A stretch of 64,000 nt of DNA from assembly GCA_030523305.1 (NCBI GenBank), contig JAUNIY010000002.1:2-64001 (forward strand), read 5' to 3'. The notes below the pieces were generated by a model that saw nothing but the letters and a program-made list of their open reading frames with translations, made no database searches and was not told where the DNA came from. This document shows positions 8,526-17,912 of the stretch, piece after piece; the first letter of the stretch is position 1; each line of letters begins with the position of its first letter. The position numbers were made by a program, and so were the translations under genes. Source of the stretch: Eubacteriales bacterium. GTDB taxonomy: Bacteria; Bacillota; Clostridia; Oscillospirales; Butyricicoccaceae.

Positions 8526-9686
8526 TCAATTTTGCCAATTCACTTGTTTCTTCATGAGCAAATACGAAAGCAAATCCCTATAAATATCCGAAATGGTTTT
8601 TCGCTCCACATCCGCCGCCGCCAAAATGTCCCTGCGGTCAATTTCTTTTCCATTGCTCAAAACCACCACTTCTCCGAGCGGATCGCCCTTGCGTACTGGG
8701 GCCTGCACATGATCTTCCAGATGGATCTCCCGTGTAATCCCTTCCGCTTCCGACTTTTCCATGAGGATCGCGGTCTGATCCGCAAGTTCTACTGCTACGG
8801 CATCCTGCACGCCCATATCCACTGCTACGCTTTCAAGCTCCTGACCCTCTGCCAAAATATCTGTCATAGCATAATTGGCAAAGCCATAATTCAGCATAGC
8901 AGTGATGTCCGCATTGCGCGATTCCTTATCCGGCTCTCCCATGACAACTGCGATCAGCCGCATGCCGTCCCGTTCTGCTACCGCAGAAATACAATAGCCC
9001 GCCGTACTCGTATACCCGGTTTTCAACCCGATCATACCGTCATACAGCCGCAGCATTTTGTTGGTATTGGCCAAACCAAATTCGCCATTGCGCACAGTAT
9101 CCATCCAGATCGAGGTGTATTCCAGGATTTTTTCATGCTTGAGCAGCTCCTGTGAAATCAACGCCAGGTCGCGCGCCGTTGTCTTGGTTTCTTCCCCATC
9201 TGTGTCCAGGCCGTTTGGATTGACAAACGTCGTTCCTGTGCATCCCAGTGCCGCTGCGCGCTCATTCATCATAGAAACAAAGGCGTCTTCACTGCCGCCC
9301 AAATGCTCCGCCACTGCCACCGCCGCATCGTTGGCCGATGCTACGGCAATCGACTTGAGCATATCATCCAGCGACATCTGTTCTCCCTCTTTCAAATAAA
9401 TCTGCGAACCGCCCATCTCCGCCGCATGAGCGGACGCAGTGACCAGATCATCCAGCGAGGCCTTGCCGCTGTCAACCGCCTCCATCATCAGCAGCATCGT
9501 CATAATTTTCGTGACCGAAGCCGGCGGATGCACTTCGTCTGCGTTTTGTTCAAACAGCACTTGCCCATCGTCCGTCGTCAGGATGGCAGATTTCGCGCTC
9601 ACCTCACCCAGCTCTGCTGCCGACGCGCAAACCGATGTGGCCAGCAGACAAAACACCGCTGCCGCAGCTGCAAACAATCGTTTCAT
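8526..9686 (-). CDS. D-alanyl-D-alanine carboxypeptidase (peptidase S11, DacB/DacF type)
   Basis: Signal peptide, PASVTK (SxxK), SAN (SxN), KTG; PBP5 C-terminal domain. Confidence 0.93.
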   Translation of the reverse strand: MKRLFAAAAAVFCLLATSVCASAAELGEVSAKSAILTTDDGQVLFEQNADEVHPPASVTKIMTMLLMMEAVDSGKASLDDLVTASAHAAEMGGSQIYLKEGEQMSLDDMLKSIAVASANDAAVAVAEHLGGSEDAFVSMMNERAAALGCTGTTFVNPNGLDTDGEETKTTARDLALISQELLKHEKILEYTSIWMDTVRNGEFGLANTNKMLRLYDGMIGLKTGYTSTAGYCISAVAERDGMRLIAVVMGEPDKESRNADITAMLNYGFANYAMTDILAEGQELESVAVDMGVQDAVAVELADQTAILMEKSEAEGITREIHLEDHVQAPVRKGDPLGEVVVLSNGKEIDRRDILAAADVERKTISDIYRDLLSYLLMKKQVNWQN

Positions 9687-9730
9687 GCTCCTATCCCCCA
9701 TATCAGTCAAATCCGTTTTTTGTTCCCCAC

Positions 9731-9758
9731 ACCTTATGCATCAAACAGGACTGACATG
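9731..9758 (-). promoter_or_regulatory. sigmaE-type (mother cell) promoter candidate
   Basis: CATG-16 nt-CATAAGGT, resembling CATA-16-CATAnnnT. Confidence 0.45.
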
Positions 9759-9769
9759 CAGATATTCGT

Positions 9770-10234
9770 TCATTTTTCCGGAAATAGCTTACCAAATACT
9801 ATCCGAACCAGCGGCCCGGCAGCAAACAGCTGCCAAAAAAACGCCATCGGAAAATTGCGGACCGTCAGCTCAACCCACACGGACAGCAATTGTCTGTGTA
9901 GTTCATCCTGAAACAATACGGCCGCAACAAAACTCATCATCGGGCACATCAGCCAAATAGAACAGACAGAGATAGCGAGAATAAGAAAGATCGGTTTGTC
10001 CTGTCCCGGTTGGAACAGAGCAAACGCCAGCTTTTTGGCAATTGGCCCCGCGACGAACAGATCCAGCAAAAAGCCTGCCGCGCCCATGATCGGCAGCTCA
10101 CCGAAGGCTGCAAAGAAAATCCAGTTTTCCATACTACCATTATCCATCGCAATGTTGTAGCATATCATTGCATATACCATAACGCAAACCATCATAACGG
10201 TGTAAATCATTTCCTGTTTTAAATTTTTTGGCAT
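9770..10234 (-). CDS. DUF2798-like multi-pass membrane protein
   Basis: Four hydrophobic segments; MMVCVMVYAMICYN and RNFPMAFFWQLFAAGPLVR motifs; RBS GGAGG. Confidence 0.78.
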   Translation of the reverse strand: MPKNLKQEMIYTVMMVCVMVYAMICYNIAMDNGSMENWIFFAAFGELPIMGAAGFLLDLFVAGPIAKKLAFALFQPGQDKPIFLILAISVCSIWLMCPMMSFVAAVLFQDELHRQLLSVWVELTVRNFPMAFFWQLFAAGPLVRIVFGKLFPEK

Positions 10235-10266
10235 TGTTTCTTCCTCCATTACCAGCTTTTATGCAC

Positions 10267-10311
10267 AAAAAAAGCAGTGGAATCGCAAAACTCGTTGCGA
10301 CCTCCACTGCT
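10267..10311 (-). terminator. Intrinsic terminator just upstream of the DUF2798 RBS
   Basis: CAGCAGTGGAGGTCGCAA...TTGCGATTCCACTGC-TTTTTTT on the minus strand. Confidence 0.75.
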
Positions 10312-10490
10312 GTTATGTACATCTCACTGCGTTTTTATATTATTTTGTTTCCATTATCATAACATATTATCCCAAGCGATGTAAGTGCTTTTTATGATTT
10401 CAGCAGAATGCATCATTGATTCTGCTGCTACATATCTGTATTGATGCATTTTTCCTCTACAGGCTTTTTTTATCCTGTCCACTGTGTCCA

Positions 10491-10724
10491 TTACACCATC
10501 ATGGTCTGAATGCGATCCAAAAACGGCTGCGCATGGAGTCGATCCGTATAAATACTGACGCGAATCGGCTTGGACAGCTTCAGTCCAAACAATCCGATCA
10601 ACGATTTTGCATCCACCACATACCATCCGGAAGCGGCATCAATGTCAAACGGCATGTCCGAAGCCGCCGCATTCAACACGGTAAGATCATCTACCTTATC
10701 CAACTTAATTTTTATCTTTACCAT
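10491..10724 (-). CDS. HPr-like protein lacking His15
   Basis: 77 aa MVKIKIKLDK...SGWYVVDAKSLIGLFGLKLSKPI; DAKS (Ser46 region) conserved, no GxHARP motif. Confidence 0.85.
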   Translation of the reverse strand: MVKIKIKLDKVDDLTVLNAAASDMPFDIDAASGWYVVDAKSLIGLFGLKLSKPIRVSIYTDRLHAQPFLDRIQTMMV

Positions 10725-10868
10725 TCTGAAAACCACCCCAATGCAGCGATGTAAAAGCTGTTGTAACTCCTTGTAAAATTTATTATAATACAAGTAACAA
10801 AAACATGCTATCCTTTTTACCAAAAATTCATTTAAATTTTTCAAAAGGAAGCGCAGGAAGGAGTCACC

Positions 10869-12155
10869 ATGAAATTCTGCTTTGCAACGCTCGGCTGCAA
10901 GGTCAATCAATTTGAAACCCAGGCGCTTGCCCAGCTCGCGCAGGCCCGCGGGCACACGCTGGTGCAAACCGGTGCAGACGTCTGTATTTTGAATACCTGC
11001 ACCGTTACCTCCTCCGGCGATCACAAAAACTTACGCGCCTTACATAAAATGCAACGGGACAATCCTGACGCGGTAACAGCCCTTTGCGGCTGCTTTGCGC
11101 AAACCGAACCTGAGCGGGCGGCCAAGCTGGCAGGCGTCGATATCGTATGCGGCACCGCAGACCGCGCTGCCGTTCTCGATCTGTGTGAGCAGGCCGTCCG
11201 CAGCCGCCAGCCTGTGTGCACGGTGTCCGATATCCGCACGCATCGGGAATTTGAGGCGCTTCCCGCCGGCATCCTGCCCGGGCACACCCGCGCCCTGCTC
11301 AAGGTTCAGGACGGCTGCGACAACTATTGTACCTATTGCATCATCCCATACGCCCGCGGGCATGTGCGTTCCCTGCCGCTGGAAACCGCACGAAACGAAG
11401 CCATCAAGCTCGCACAGCAGCAGGTACGGGAAATCATGGTTACCGGTATTGAAATTGCCAGCTATGGCAGAGATCTGCCCCAAAGGCCCGGCCTTGTCGA
11501 TCTGACAGCTGCGCTGTGCGAAGCTGTTCCGCACGTGCGCATCCGGCTCGGTTCGTTGGAGCCGCGCATTGTCACGCAGGACTTTTGCGACCGGCTGCGC
11601 GGTTTTGACAATCTGGCATACCATTTTCATGTATCGCTGCAATCCGGCTGCGACGCTACCTTGCAGCGGATGCACAGACGCTATACCACAGCGCAATACG
11701 CCGCCTGTATCCATCGGCTCCGCGACGCGTTCCCCTCTTGTTCGATTACAACCGACATCATCACCGGCTTTCCCGGCGAAACCGAAGAGGAATTTTCACA
11801 AACGCTGGATTTCCTGCGGCAATGTGCCTTTGCATCCATCCATGTATTCCCGTACTCTGAGCGCACTGGTACGCCCGCCGCTTCCATGCCGGATGCTGTC
11901 CCTCCGCAGGTACGCGCCCAACGCGCAGAACGTGTCCGCCAACTCGCGGCGCACATGGGCCGCGACTTTTTGCAGCCATTTTTGGGGCAGACCATTCCGG
12001 TCGTCCTGGAGCACGCGCGCGCTCACGCACAACCGGCACATGGCAAATGGCATTTCTCCGTTTTTCTGCCGCCGAATACTGGCAAACAGGGCGACGAAAT
12101 CTCCGTCCGGCTCACTGCCATACACAAAGACGGTATGCAAGCCATTGCACTATAA
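10869..12155 (+). CDS. mtaB: tRNA t6A37 methylthiotransferase
   Basis: TLGCKVNQFE, NTCTVT, KVQDGCDNYCTYC radical-SAM motif, DIITGFPGETEEEF. Confidence 0.93.
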   Translation: MKFCFATLGCKVNQFETQALAQLAQARGHTLVQTGADVCILNTCTVTSSGDHKNLRALHKMQRDNPDAVTALCGCFAQTEPERAAKLAGVDIVCGTADRAAVLDLCEQAVRSRQPVCTVSDIRTHREFEALPAGILPGHTRALLKVQDGCDNYCTYCIIPYARGHVRSLPLETARNEAIKLAQQQVREIMVTGIEIASYGRDLPQRPGLVDLTAALCEAVPHVRIRLGSLEPRIVTQDFCDRLRGFDNLAYHFHVSLQSGCDATLQRMHRRYTTAQYAACIHRLRDAFPSCSITTDIITGFPGETEEEFSQTLDFLRQCAFASIHVFPYSERTGTPAASMPDAVPPQVRAQRAERVRQLAAHMGRDFLQPFLGQTIPVVLEHARAHAQPAHGKWHFSVFLPPNTGKQGDEISVRLTAIHKDGMQAIAL

Positions 12156-12171
12156 AAACAGAATACAACAG

Positions 12172-12205
12172 GATTGCGGCCGGAGCATCTGCCTCCGGCC
12201 GCATT
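12172..12205. terminator. Bidirectional terminator between mtaB and rarA
   Basis: TGCGGCCGGAG-catctgc-CTCCGGCCGCA. Confidence 0.7.
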
Positions 12206-12206
12206 G

Positions 12207-13457
12207 TTATTTGTTTTTCCCTTTGACAGCGTCCCAATATGCTTTTGCACGCTGTTCGGTCTTATTTTCCCCATATACATAATATGCCGCATCCTTGATG
12301 GTATCCGGCAAATATTGCTGCTCCACCCAATGATTGGGATACGCATGTGGGTACTGATATGTCAGCCCACGCCCCAGCTTTGCCGCGCCGCTATAATGAC
12401 AATCCTTCAAATGCGCCGGGATATCGCCTGCCTTACCTGCGCGGATATCGGACAACGCAGCATCCACCGCCACGATACCACTATTGGACTTGGGCGCAGT
12501 CGCCAGCAGGATTGCCGCATCCGCCAACGGGATACGCGCCTCCGGCAAGCCCAGCTGGTTCGCCATATCCACACAAGCTTTGACAATCGGCAATGCCTGC
12601 GGATATGCCAGCCCGATATCCTCCGCAGCGATGACCATCAGGCGACGGCATACGGAAACCATGTCATCCGCTTCCAGCAGCCGAGCAAGATAATGCACGG
12701 CTGCATCTGGGTCAGAGCCACGGATGGATTTCTGAAATCCCGACAGAATATCATAGTGCTGATCCCCATCGCGGTCATAGCGCATGTTGGACCGCTGCGC
12801 GGCCTGCTGCGCATCCTCCAGTGTCACAGTGTTGCCGCGCGCAGCATTGGCAAGCAGCTCCGCGGCGTTCATTGCCTTGCGCACATCGCCGCCGCACGCC
12901 GTTGCAATATGTGCACACACAGCATTCGGCACATCCAGCGCAGGATTGGCAAGGGAGAACGCCCGTCGGACTGCCGGCTCGATATCCTGTGCCTCTACTG
13001 GGCGAAATTCAAACACGGTGCATCGGCTCAGGATTGCATTGTACACATAAAAATACGGATTTTCCGTTGTGGATGCAATCAGCGTGATGCGCCCATCCTC
13101 GATAAATTCCAACAGCGATTGCTGCTGCTTTTTGTTAAAATACTGGATCTCATCCAGATAGACCAGCGCGCCGTTGGGCGCGATCAACGTCCCCAACTCA
13201 TCAAAGATATGCTTGATATCTGCAATGGACGCCGTCGTCGCATTGAGCCGGTACAGCTTTCGGTCCGTCTGCCCTGCAATGATCGACGCTACCGTGGTCT
13301 TTCCCACACCCGACGGCCCATAAAAAATCATATTCGGTATGTTGCCGCTTTCGATAATCCGGCGCAGCAGGCCGGATTCCCCCAAAATATGCGGCTGGCC
13401 AACCACATCCGCCAGTGTGGTTGGACGGATACGGTCGGCCAGAGGCTGAAATTTCAT
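12207..13457 (-). CDS. rarA: Replication-associated recombination protein A (MgsA/RarA AAA+ ATPase)
   Basis: PLADRIRP, GPSGVGKT, LDEIQYFNKKQQ, ASTTENP, KSIRGSDPDAA, AAEDIGLA. Confidence 0.95.
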   Translation of the reverse strand: MKFQPLADRIRPTTLADVVGQPHILGESGLLRRIIESGNIPNMIFYGPSGVGKTTVASIIAGQTDRKLYRLNATTASIADIKHIFDELGTLIAPNGALVYLDEIQYFNKKQQQSLLEFIEDGRITLIASTTENPYFYVYNAILSRCTVFEFRPVEAQDIEPAVRRAFSLANPALDVPNAVCAHIATACGGDVRKAMNAAELLANAARGNTVTLEDAQQAAQRSNMRYDRDGDQHYDILSGFQKSIRGSDPDAAVHYLARLLEADDMVSVCRRLMVIAAEDIGLAYPQALPIVKACVDMANQLGLPEARIPLADAAILLATAPKSNSGIVAVDAALSDIRAGKAGDIPAHLKDCHYSGAAKLGRGLTYQYPHAYPNHWVEQQYLPDTIKDAAYYVYGENKTEQRAKAYWDAVKGKNK

Positions 13458-13472
13458 AATACGTTGCAAAAA

Positions 13473-14729
13473 TTAGTACAGCGGGAACTGCTTGCAGATT
13501 TCCTCGACACCTGCGCGGATCGCATCCGCCTTGTTGTCGAAATCAAAGATCGCATCAGCGATAAAGCCAGCAATCTTGTCCATCTCCGCTTCCTTGAAGC
13601 CGCGGGTCGTAACCGCGGGCGTGCCCAGACGGACGCCAGAGGTGACAAACGGGCTGAGCGGCTCATTCGGGACAGTGTTCTTGTTTGCGGTGATATAAAC
13701 CGCATCCAGACGGTTCTGCAGCTCCTTGCCGGTGATACCGGTGCCGCGCAGGTCAACCAGCATCATATGGTTGTCTGTGCCGCCGGAAACCAGATTGACG
13801 CCGCGCTTCAGCAGGCCATCTGCCAATGCCTGTGCATTCTTTCGGATCTGCACCTGGTATTCCTTAAACTCCGGCTTCAGCGCTTCGCCGAAGCATACAG
13901 CCTTTGCTGCGATGACATGCATCAGCGGGCCGCCCTGGGTACCCGGGAAAATCGCGGAATTGAACTTCTTCGCCAGCGCTTCATCGTTGGTCAGGATGCA
14001 GCCGCCGCGCGGGCCACGCAGGGTTTTGTGCGTGGTCGTGGTGACGACATCGGCATATTCCATCGGGTTCTGATGCTCGCCTGCGGCTACCAAGCCAGCA
14101 ATATGCGCCATGTCTACAAACAGATATGCGCCGACTTCCTTTGCAATTTCTGCGAACTTATCAAACGCAATGGCACGCGGATACGCGGAAGCTCCTGCAA
14201 TAATCATCTTCGGCTTGTTCTCCAGCGCCTTCTGACGGACGTCTTCATAATCAATATAGCCGTTGTCATCCACGCCATAGGCTACCATGTTGTACAGCTT
14301 GCCGGACTGGTTTGCTGGGGAACCATGGGTCAGATGTCCGCCATTGTCCAGGCTCATGCCCAAGACGGTATCTCCCGGCTGGCACAGCGCCTGATAGACC
14401 GCCATATTGGCCTGTGCACCAGAATGCGGCTGTACATTGGCAAATTTTGCACCGAACAGCTTGCATACACGCTCAATTGCCAGATTCTCTGCGATATCAA
14501 CGTACTCGCATCCGCCATAGTAACGCTTTCCCGGATAGCCTTCCGCATATTTGTTGGTCAGCACGGTGCCCATCGCTGCCATAACCGCCGGGGAAACGAT
14601 ATTTTCCGACGCAATCAGCTCAATGTTGCGGCACTGGCGTGCATATTCCTTCTGAATCGCCTCGCCCAGTTCCGGGTCCATGCTGGTAATGAACGCAATG
14701 TTTTCTTCAATTCTTTTTGCTTCTGCCAT
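13473..14729 (-). CDS. glyA: Serine hydroxymethyltransferase
   Basis: [35 protein letters not shown]; start set at MAEAK after GGAGG (track start 14783 also possible). Confidence 0.97.
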   Translation of the reverse strand: MAEAKRIEENIAFITSMDPELGEAIQKEYARQCRNIELIASENIVSPAVMAAMGTVLTNKYAEGYPGKRYYGGCEYVDIAENLAIERVCKLFGAKFANVQPHSGAQANMAVYQALCQPGDTVLGMSLDNGGHLTHGSPANQSGKLYNMVAYGVDDNGYIDYEDVRQKALENKPKMIIAGASAYPRAIAFDKFAEIAKEVGAYLFVDMAHIAGLVAAGEHQNPMEYADVVTTTTHKTLRGPRGGCILTNDEALAKKFNSAIFPGTQGGPLMHVIAAKAVCFGEALKPEFKEYQVQIRKNAQALADGLLKRGVNLVSGGTDNHMMLVDLRGTGITGKELQNRLDAVYITANKNTVPNEPLSPFVTSGVRLGTPAVTTRGFKEAEMDKIAGFIADAIFDFDNKADAIRAGVEEICKQFPLY

Positions 14730-14813
14730 TGCTGCAAATTCCTCCATACGCAAATCACGGTTTGTATTGTTCTCTCGATTCATAAGCGGCAGATTTGACC
14801 TTCGCTCACTCTA

Positions 14814-14842
14814 ATTAAAACAGGAATCTTCCGGTTTTTCAA
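14814..14842 (-). promoter_or_regulatory. sigmaA promoter of glyA-rarA
   Basis: TTGAAA-17-TTTAAT. Confidence 0.6.
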
Positions 14843-14990
14843 GGCAGATTTTCTCTATTTTCTTTTTTTCCCTTTGATGCATGAAAAGTTTTGCGGAAAT
14901 GATATTTTTTTGTGCATATTTTTGTGTTACAATGGAGGCAACGCCATTCGGCTTTTACCATATGACCAAATAAAAAGGAGTTTTTACCCT

Positions 14991-15638
14991 ATGCTTACGC
15001 CAAAAGAACGGGCCGAAGCTGCCGTCAAGCTGCTGGAGCAGGAATATCCCGACGCTATCTGCGCCCTGCAATATACCAAAGATTATGAGTTGCTGTTCGC
15101 CACTCGTCTGTCCGCCCAGTGTACGGACAAGCGAGTCAATATTGTGACGCAGGACTTATATACCGTTTTCCCAACGCTGGAATCGTTTGCCGAGGCCGAG
15201 CCGGAGGAAATCGAAGCGATCATCCGCCCATGTGGCCTGGGCAAAACCAAGGCGCGCGACCTTCACGCCGCCGCGCAATATTTGCTGGATGTCCACGGCG
15301 GTAAGGTTCCGGGAACCATGGAGGAGCTGCTCAAAATCCCAGGTGTCGGACGCAAAACGGCAAACCTGATCCTCGGCGATCTATACGGCAAGCCCGCCAT
15401 CGTCACCGACACCCACTGCATCCGCCTGTCCAACCGCATCGGGCTGGTGGACGGCATCAAAGAACCAGGGCGCGTGGAAAAAGCCCTGCGTCCCATCGTC
15501 CCGCCGGAAGCATCCAGCGATTTCTGCCACCGGCTGGTGCTGCACGGGCGCGATGTCTGCACCGCGCGCAAGCCGTACTGCGACAAATGCTGCCTGAAAG
15601 ACATCTGCATGACCGGCAGCGGTGAAAAACAAGCATAA
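14991..15638 (+). CDS. nth: Endonuclease III
   Basis: LSAQCTD, HhH motif LLKIPGVGRKTAN, VTDTH, C-terminal CX6CX2CX5C Fe-S motif; RBS AAAGGAG. Confidence 0.96.
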   Translation: MLTPKERAEAAVKLLEQEYPDAICALQYTKDYELLFATRLSAQCTDKRVNIVTQDLYTVFPTLESFAEAEPEEIEAIIRPCGLGKTKARDLHAAAQYLLDVHGGKVPGTMEELLKIPGVGRKTANLILGDLYGKPAIVTDTHCIRLSNRIGLVDGIKEPGRVEKALRPIVPPEASSDFCHRLVLHGRDVCTARKPYCDKCCLKDICMTGSGEKQA

Positions 15639-15648
15639 TCATATCAAA

Positions 15649-15688
15649 ACAGGCTGGTACCGTCGCGGGTATCAGCCTGTTGCTTTTT
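15649..15688. terminator. Bidirectional terminator between nth and coaX
   Basis: AACAGGCTGGTACC-gtcgc-GGGTATCAGCCTGTT. Confidence 0.7.
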
Positions 15689-16524
15689 CAGATTTGTTCG
15701 GTCATCTCTTCTTCTGCCGAGGCGATCAGCTTGCCAATCGGCTCTATGGCATCAAATTTTTCCTTATTGGCTTCGTAAATCATACGAAGACCAGTCAGCG
15801 TAAGGTTTGCATCAAAATCTGTGATGGTATCGCAATATTCTGACATCATGCGGCCCATGCCACCGGTGGCAACGACGCTGCACTTGCCCCCGATTTCATC
15901 AATCATTTCGCGCACAATGCCCTGGATGGCGCCGGCATAGCCGCGCACAGCGCCCGACTGCATGCTCATTACGGTATTCGTGCCAATCGCCTTTTCCGGG
16001 CGCACGATATCGACGCGCGGCAGCTTGGACGCCTTTTGGAACAGCGCTTCCATGGCAACCTTGATGCCCGGGAAGATCGCGCCGCCGCGGTATGCGCCGG
16101 TCTCATCGATCACATCGAAGGTCGTCGCCGTGCCGATGTCGATGATGATCAGCGGACATCCGTATTTTTCCACAGCAGAAACAGCGTTGACCAGCCGGTC
16201 AATGCCAACCTCTTTGGGATTGTCATAGCAGTTCCGCAGGCCGGTGTCAATGTCCTTGCCGACAATCAGCGGACGCACGCCGACGTATTTCCGAATCGCA
16301 TTGATGAGCGTATACATAACCGGCGGGACGACCGACGCGATGATAACCGCATCCGTGTCCCTGGTCTGCAGCCCCAAAAACGTATAGTACATATGGATCT
16401 GCATACCGATTTCATCCGAAGTGCGCTCCGCCGTGGTGGAAAGGCGGAAGCTTCCGATCAGCTCTTTTTCCCTGTAGATGCCAAAAACCGTATTGGTATT
16501 GCCAACGTCAATGGCCAGTAACAT
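15688..16524 (-). CDS. coaX: Type III pantothenate kinase
   Basis: LLAIDVGNTNT, VGIDR, IDIGTATT, VATGG. Confidence 0.95.
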   Translation of the reverse strand: MLLAIDVGNTNTVFGIYREKELIGSFRLSTTAERTSDEIGMQIHMYYTFLGLQTRDTDAVIIASVVPPVMYTLINAIRKYVGVRPLIVGKDIDTGLRNCYDNPKEVGIDRLVNAVSAVEKYGCPLIIIDIGTATTFDVIDETGAYRGGAIFPGIKVAMEALFQKASKLPRVDIVRPEKAIGTNTVMSMQSGAVRGYAGAIQGIVREMIDEIGGKCSVVATGGMGRMMSEYCDTITDFDANLTLTGLRMIYEANKEKFDAIEPIGKLIASAEEEMTEQI

Positions 16525-16558
16525 AATTCGTTTCCCCTTCTCTATTTCTATCCGGATT

Positions 16559-17065
16559 TCATTCCATCCAGCTTCGTTTCTTTTGTCCCTGCAAATATAT
16601 CAGCTCCGGCTCAACCATTTTCCCATGGATATCCAGGCACAGATAGGACGGCGGTTCCTTGGTATACGGCATACTGATGCTTCCCGGATTGGCAACCAGC
16701 ACGCTGCCGCTCTGCTTGATCTCAGCCGCATGGGTGTGCCCATATAATGCTACCGTACAGCGGTTTTTCTTGGCAGCCTGTTCGAGCGCGCGCGTGTTCC
16801 TGCGCACGCCGTGCAGATGCCCATGGGTGATAAAAATACGCACCTGTCCCGCACATACAACCATGCTGTCCGGCGCATCTACATTCCAATCGTTGTTCCC
16901 GCGCACGTTATATACCTGTAAATCGGGATATACATTCCTGATATCCTCCACATCAGCCACCAAATCCCCCAGATGCAGCACAGCGTCCGGATTTTCTTCC
17001 TCAATAATCGTCAGCATATCGGTGATATTGATGCGATGGGAGTCGGAAAATACAACCAGCCTCAT
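16559..17065 (-). CDS. YfcE/MJ0936-family metallophosphoesterase
   Basis: FSDSH, HLGD, RGNND, THGH, GHTH, NPGS. Confidence 0.93.
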   Translation of the reverse strand: MRLVVFSDSHRINITDMLTIIEEENPDAVLHLGDLVADVEDIRNVYPDLQVYNVRGNNDWNVDAPDSMVVCAGQVRIFITHGHLHGVRRNTRALEQAAKKNRCTVALYGHTHAAEIKQSGSVLVANPGSISMPYTKEPPSYLCLDIHGKMVEPELIYLQGQKKRSWME

Positions 17066-17106
17066 CCTATGCCCCCTTTCTGCTTTCTTCGCATATTACT
17101 TCAATG

Positions 17107-17135
17107 ACTATACACTATTTTTTTCAGAAAGTCAA
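17107..17135 (-). promoter_or_regulatory. sigmaA promoter of phosphoesterase-coaX
   Basis: TTGACT-17-(TG)TATAGT. Confidence 0.7.
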
Positions 17136-17137
17136 AG

Positions 17138-17165
17138 AACAATTGGCCTCTTTGCCGCGTATAGT
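17138..17165 (+). promoter_or_regulatory. sigmaK-type promoter candidate
   Basis: AACA-16 nt-CGTATAGT versus mACm-16-CATAnnnT (one mismatch). Confidence 0.45.
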
Positions 17166-17239
17166 ACAGTGTAACGCATTTGCGCAATGAGGATACCGCC
17201 CCAATCCTCGTCAAAATACAACAGAAGGAGGGTCTTTTT

Positions 17240-17524
17240 ATGCAGCAAAACGATATGGAAAATTTGCTTCGCAATCTCTCCCGCAAGTCCGGTAAACCGG
17301 AAACGGAACAAGCCGCAGAACGGGTACGCGCCGCCATCAACACCCCGAAGGGCAGACAGGCCGCGCAGGAGATCATGAAAAACTATGGTGGTTCTCTGGA
17401 GCAGGCCGCACAGCTGGCACAGTCCGGCGATCTAACTGCCGCAAAAAAATCCATACAGCAACTGATGCAGACACCGGAGGGCGCGCAATTAGCCGCACAG
17501 ATCGCCAAAATGATAGGGCGGTGA
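17240..17524 (+). CDS. Small helical Gln/Ala-rich hypothetical protein
   Basis: RBS AAGGAGG; MQQNDMENLL...LMQTPEGAQLAAQIAKMIGR. Confidence 0.75.
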   Translation: MQQNDMENLLRNLSRKSGKPETEQAAERVRAAINTPKGRQAAQEIMKNYGGSLEQAAQLAQSGDLTAAKKSIQQLMQTPEGAQLAAQIAKMIGR

Positions 17525-17531
17525 GGCGGCC

Positions 17532-17909
17532 GTGGACTCTGCTGACCTGTTCGCTTCTGTACTGGAAAACCCGGAAGCCATGCAAAAAATTGCCGGTATT
17601 GCCTCCGAACTCATGGGCAATACCAGCGACGACACGACCAAGCAGCCACTGGATGTACCGGTGACCGCGCCGGACATATCAAACGAAACCATTGCCCGCC
17701 TGCTGCCCGCGTTATCCGGTATCGCCCAGAGCAGCCAAAATCTGCCCAATCCATCCAAGCGGCAGCTGCTGCACGCGCTTCGTCCCTTTTTGTCCTCCGA
17801 TACCTGTGCACAGATCGACCATGCGGAACATATCTTATCCATGGCGCAAATGGCAAAAGCTGCCGCGGAACAGTTTTTACCGCAATATTCCGGTACACGG
17901 GAGGTCTGA
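17532..17909 (+). CDS. Hypothetical protein (spore-coat-like)
   Basis: GTG start with GAGG RBS; LENPEAMQKI and LLHALRPFLS...IDHA motifs. Confidence 0.75.
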   Translation: MDSADLFASVLENPEAMQKIAGIASELMGNTSDDTTKQPLDVPVTAPDISNETIARLLPALSGIAQSSQNLPNPSKRQLLHALRPFLSSDTCAQIDHAEHILSMAQMAKAAAEQFLPQYSGTREV

Positions 17910-17912
17910 CCT

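Noticed and set aside
10750-10777. Triple TGTAA repeat near the HPr-like gene as a WalR box
   Set aside because: Spacers are 6 and 4 nt, not 5; no functional link.
12174-14798. 874-aa ORF antisense to rarA and glyA
   Set aside because: Shadow frame: glyA and rarA share a reading frame, so the in-register antisense frame stays open across both. No RBS and no recognisable motifs.
14784-14990. ZMP/ZTP or glycine riboswitch upstream of glyA
   Set aside because: The predicted promoter leaves only a short leader, and no conserved riboswitch words were seen.
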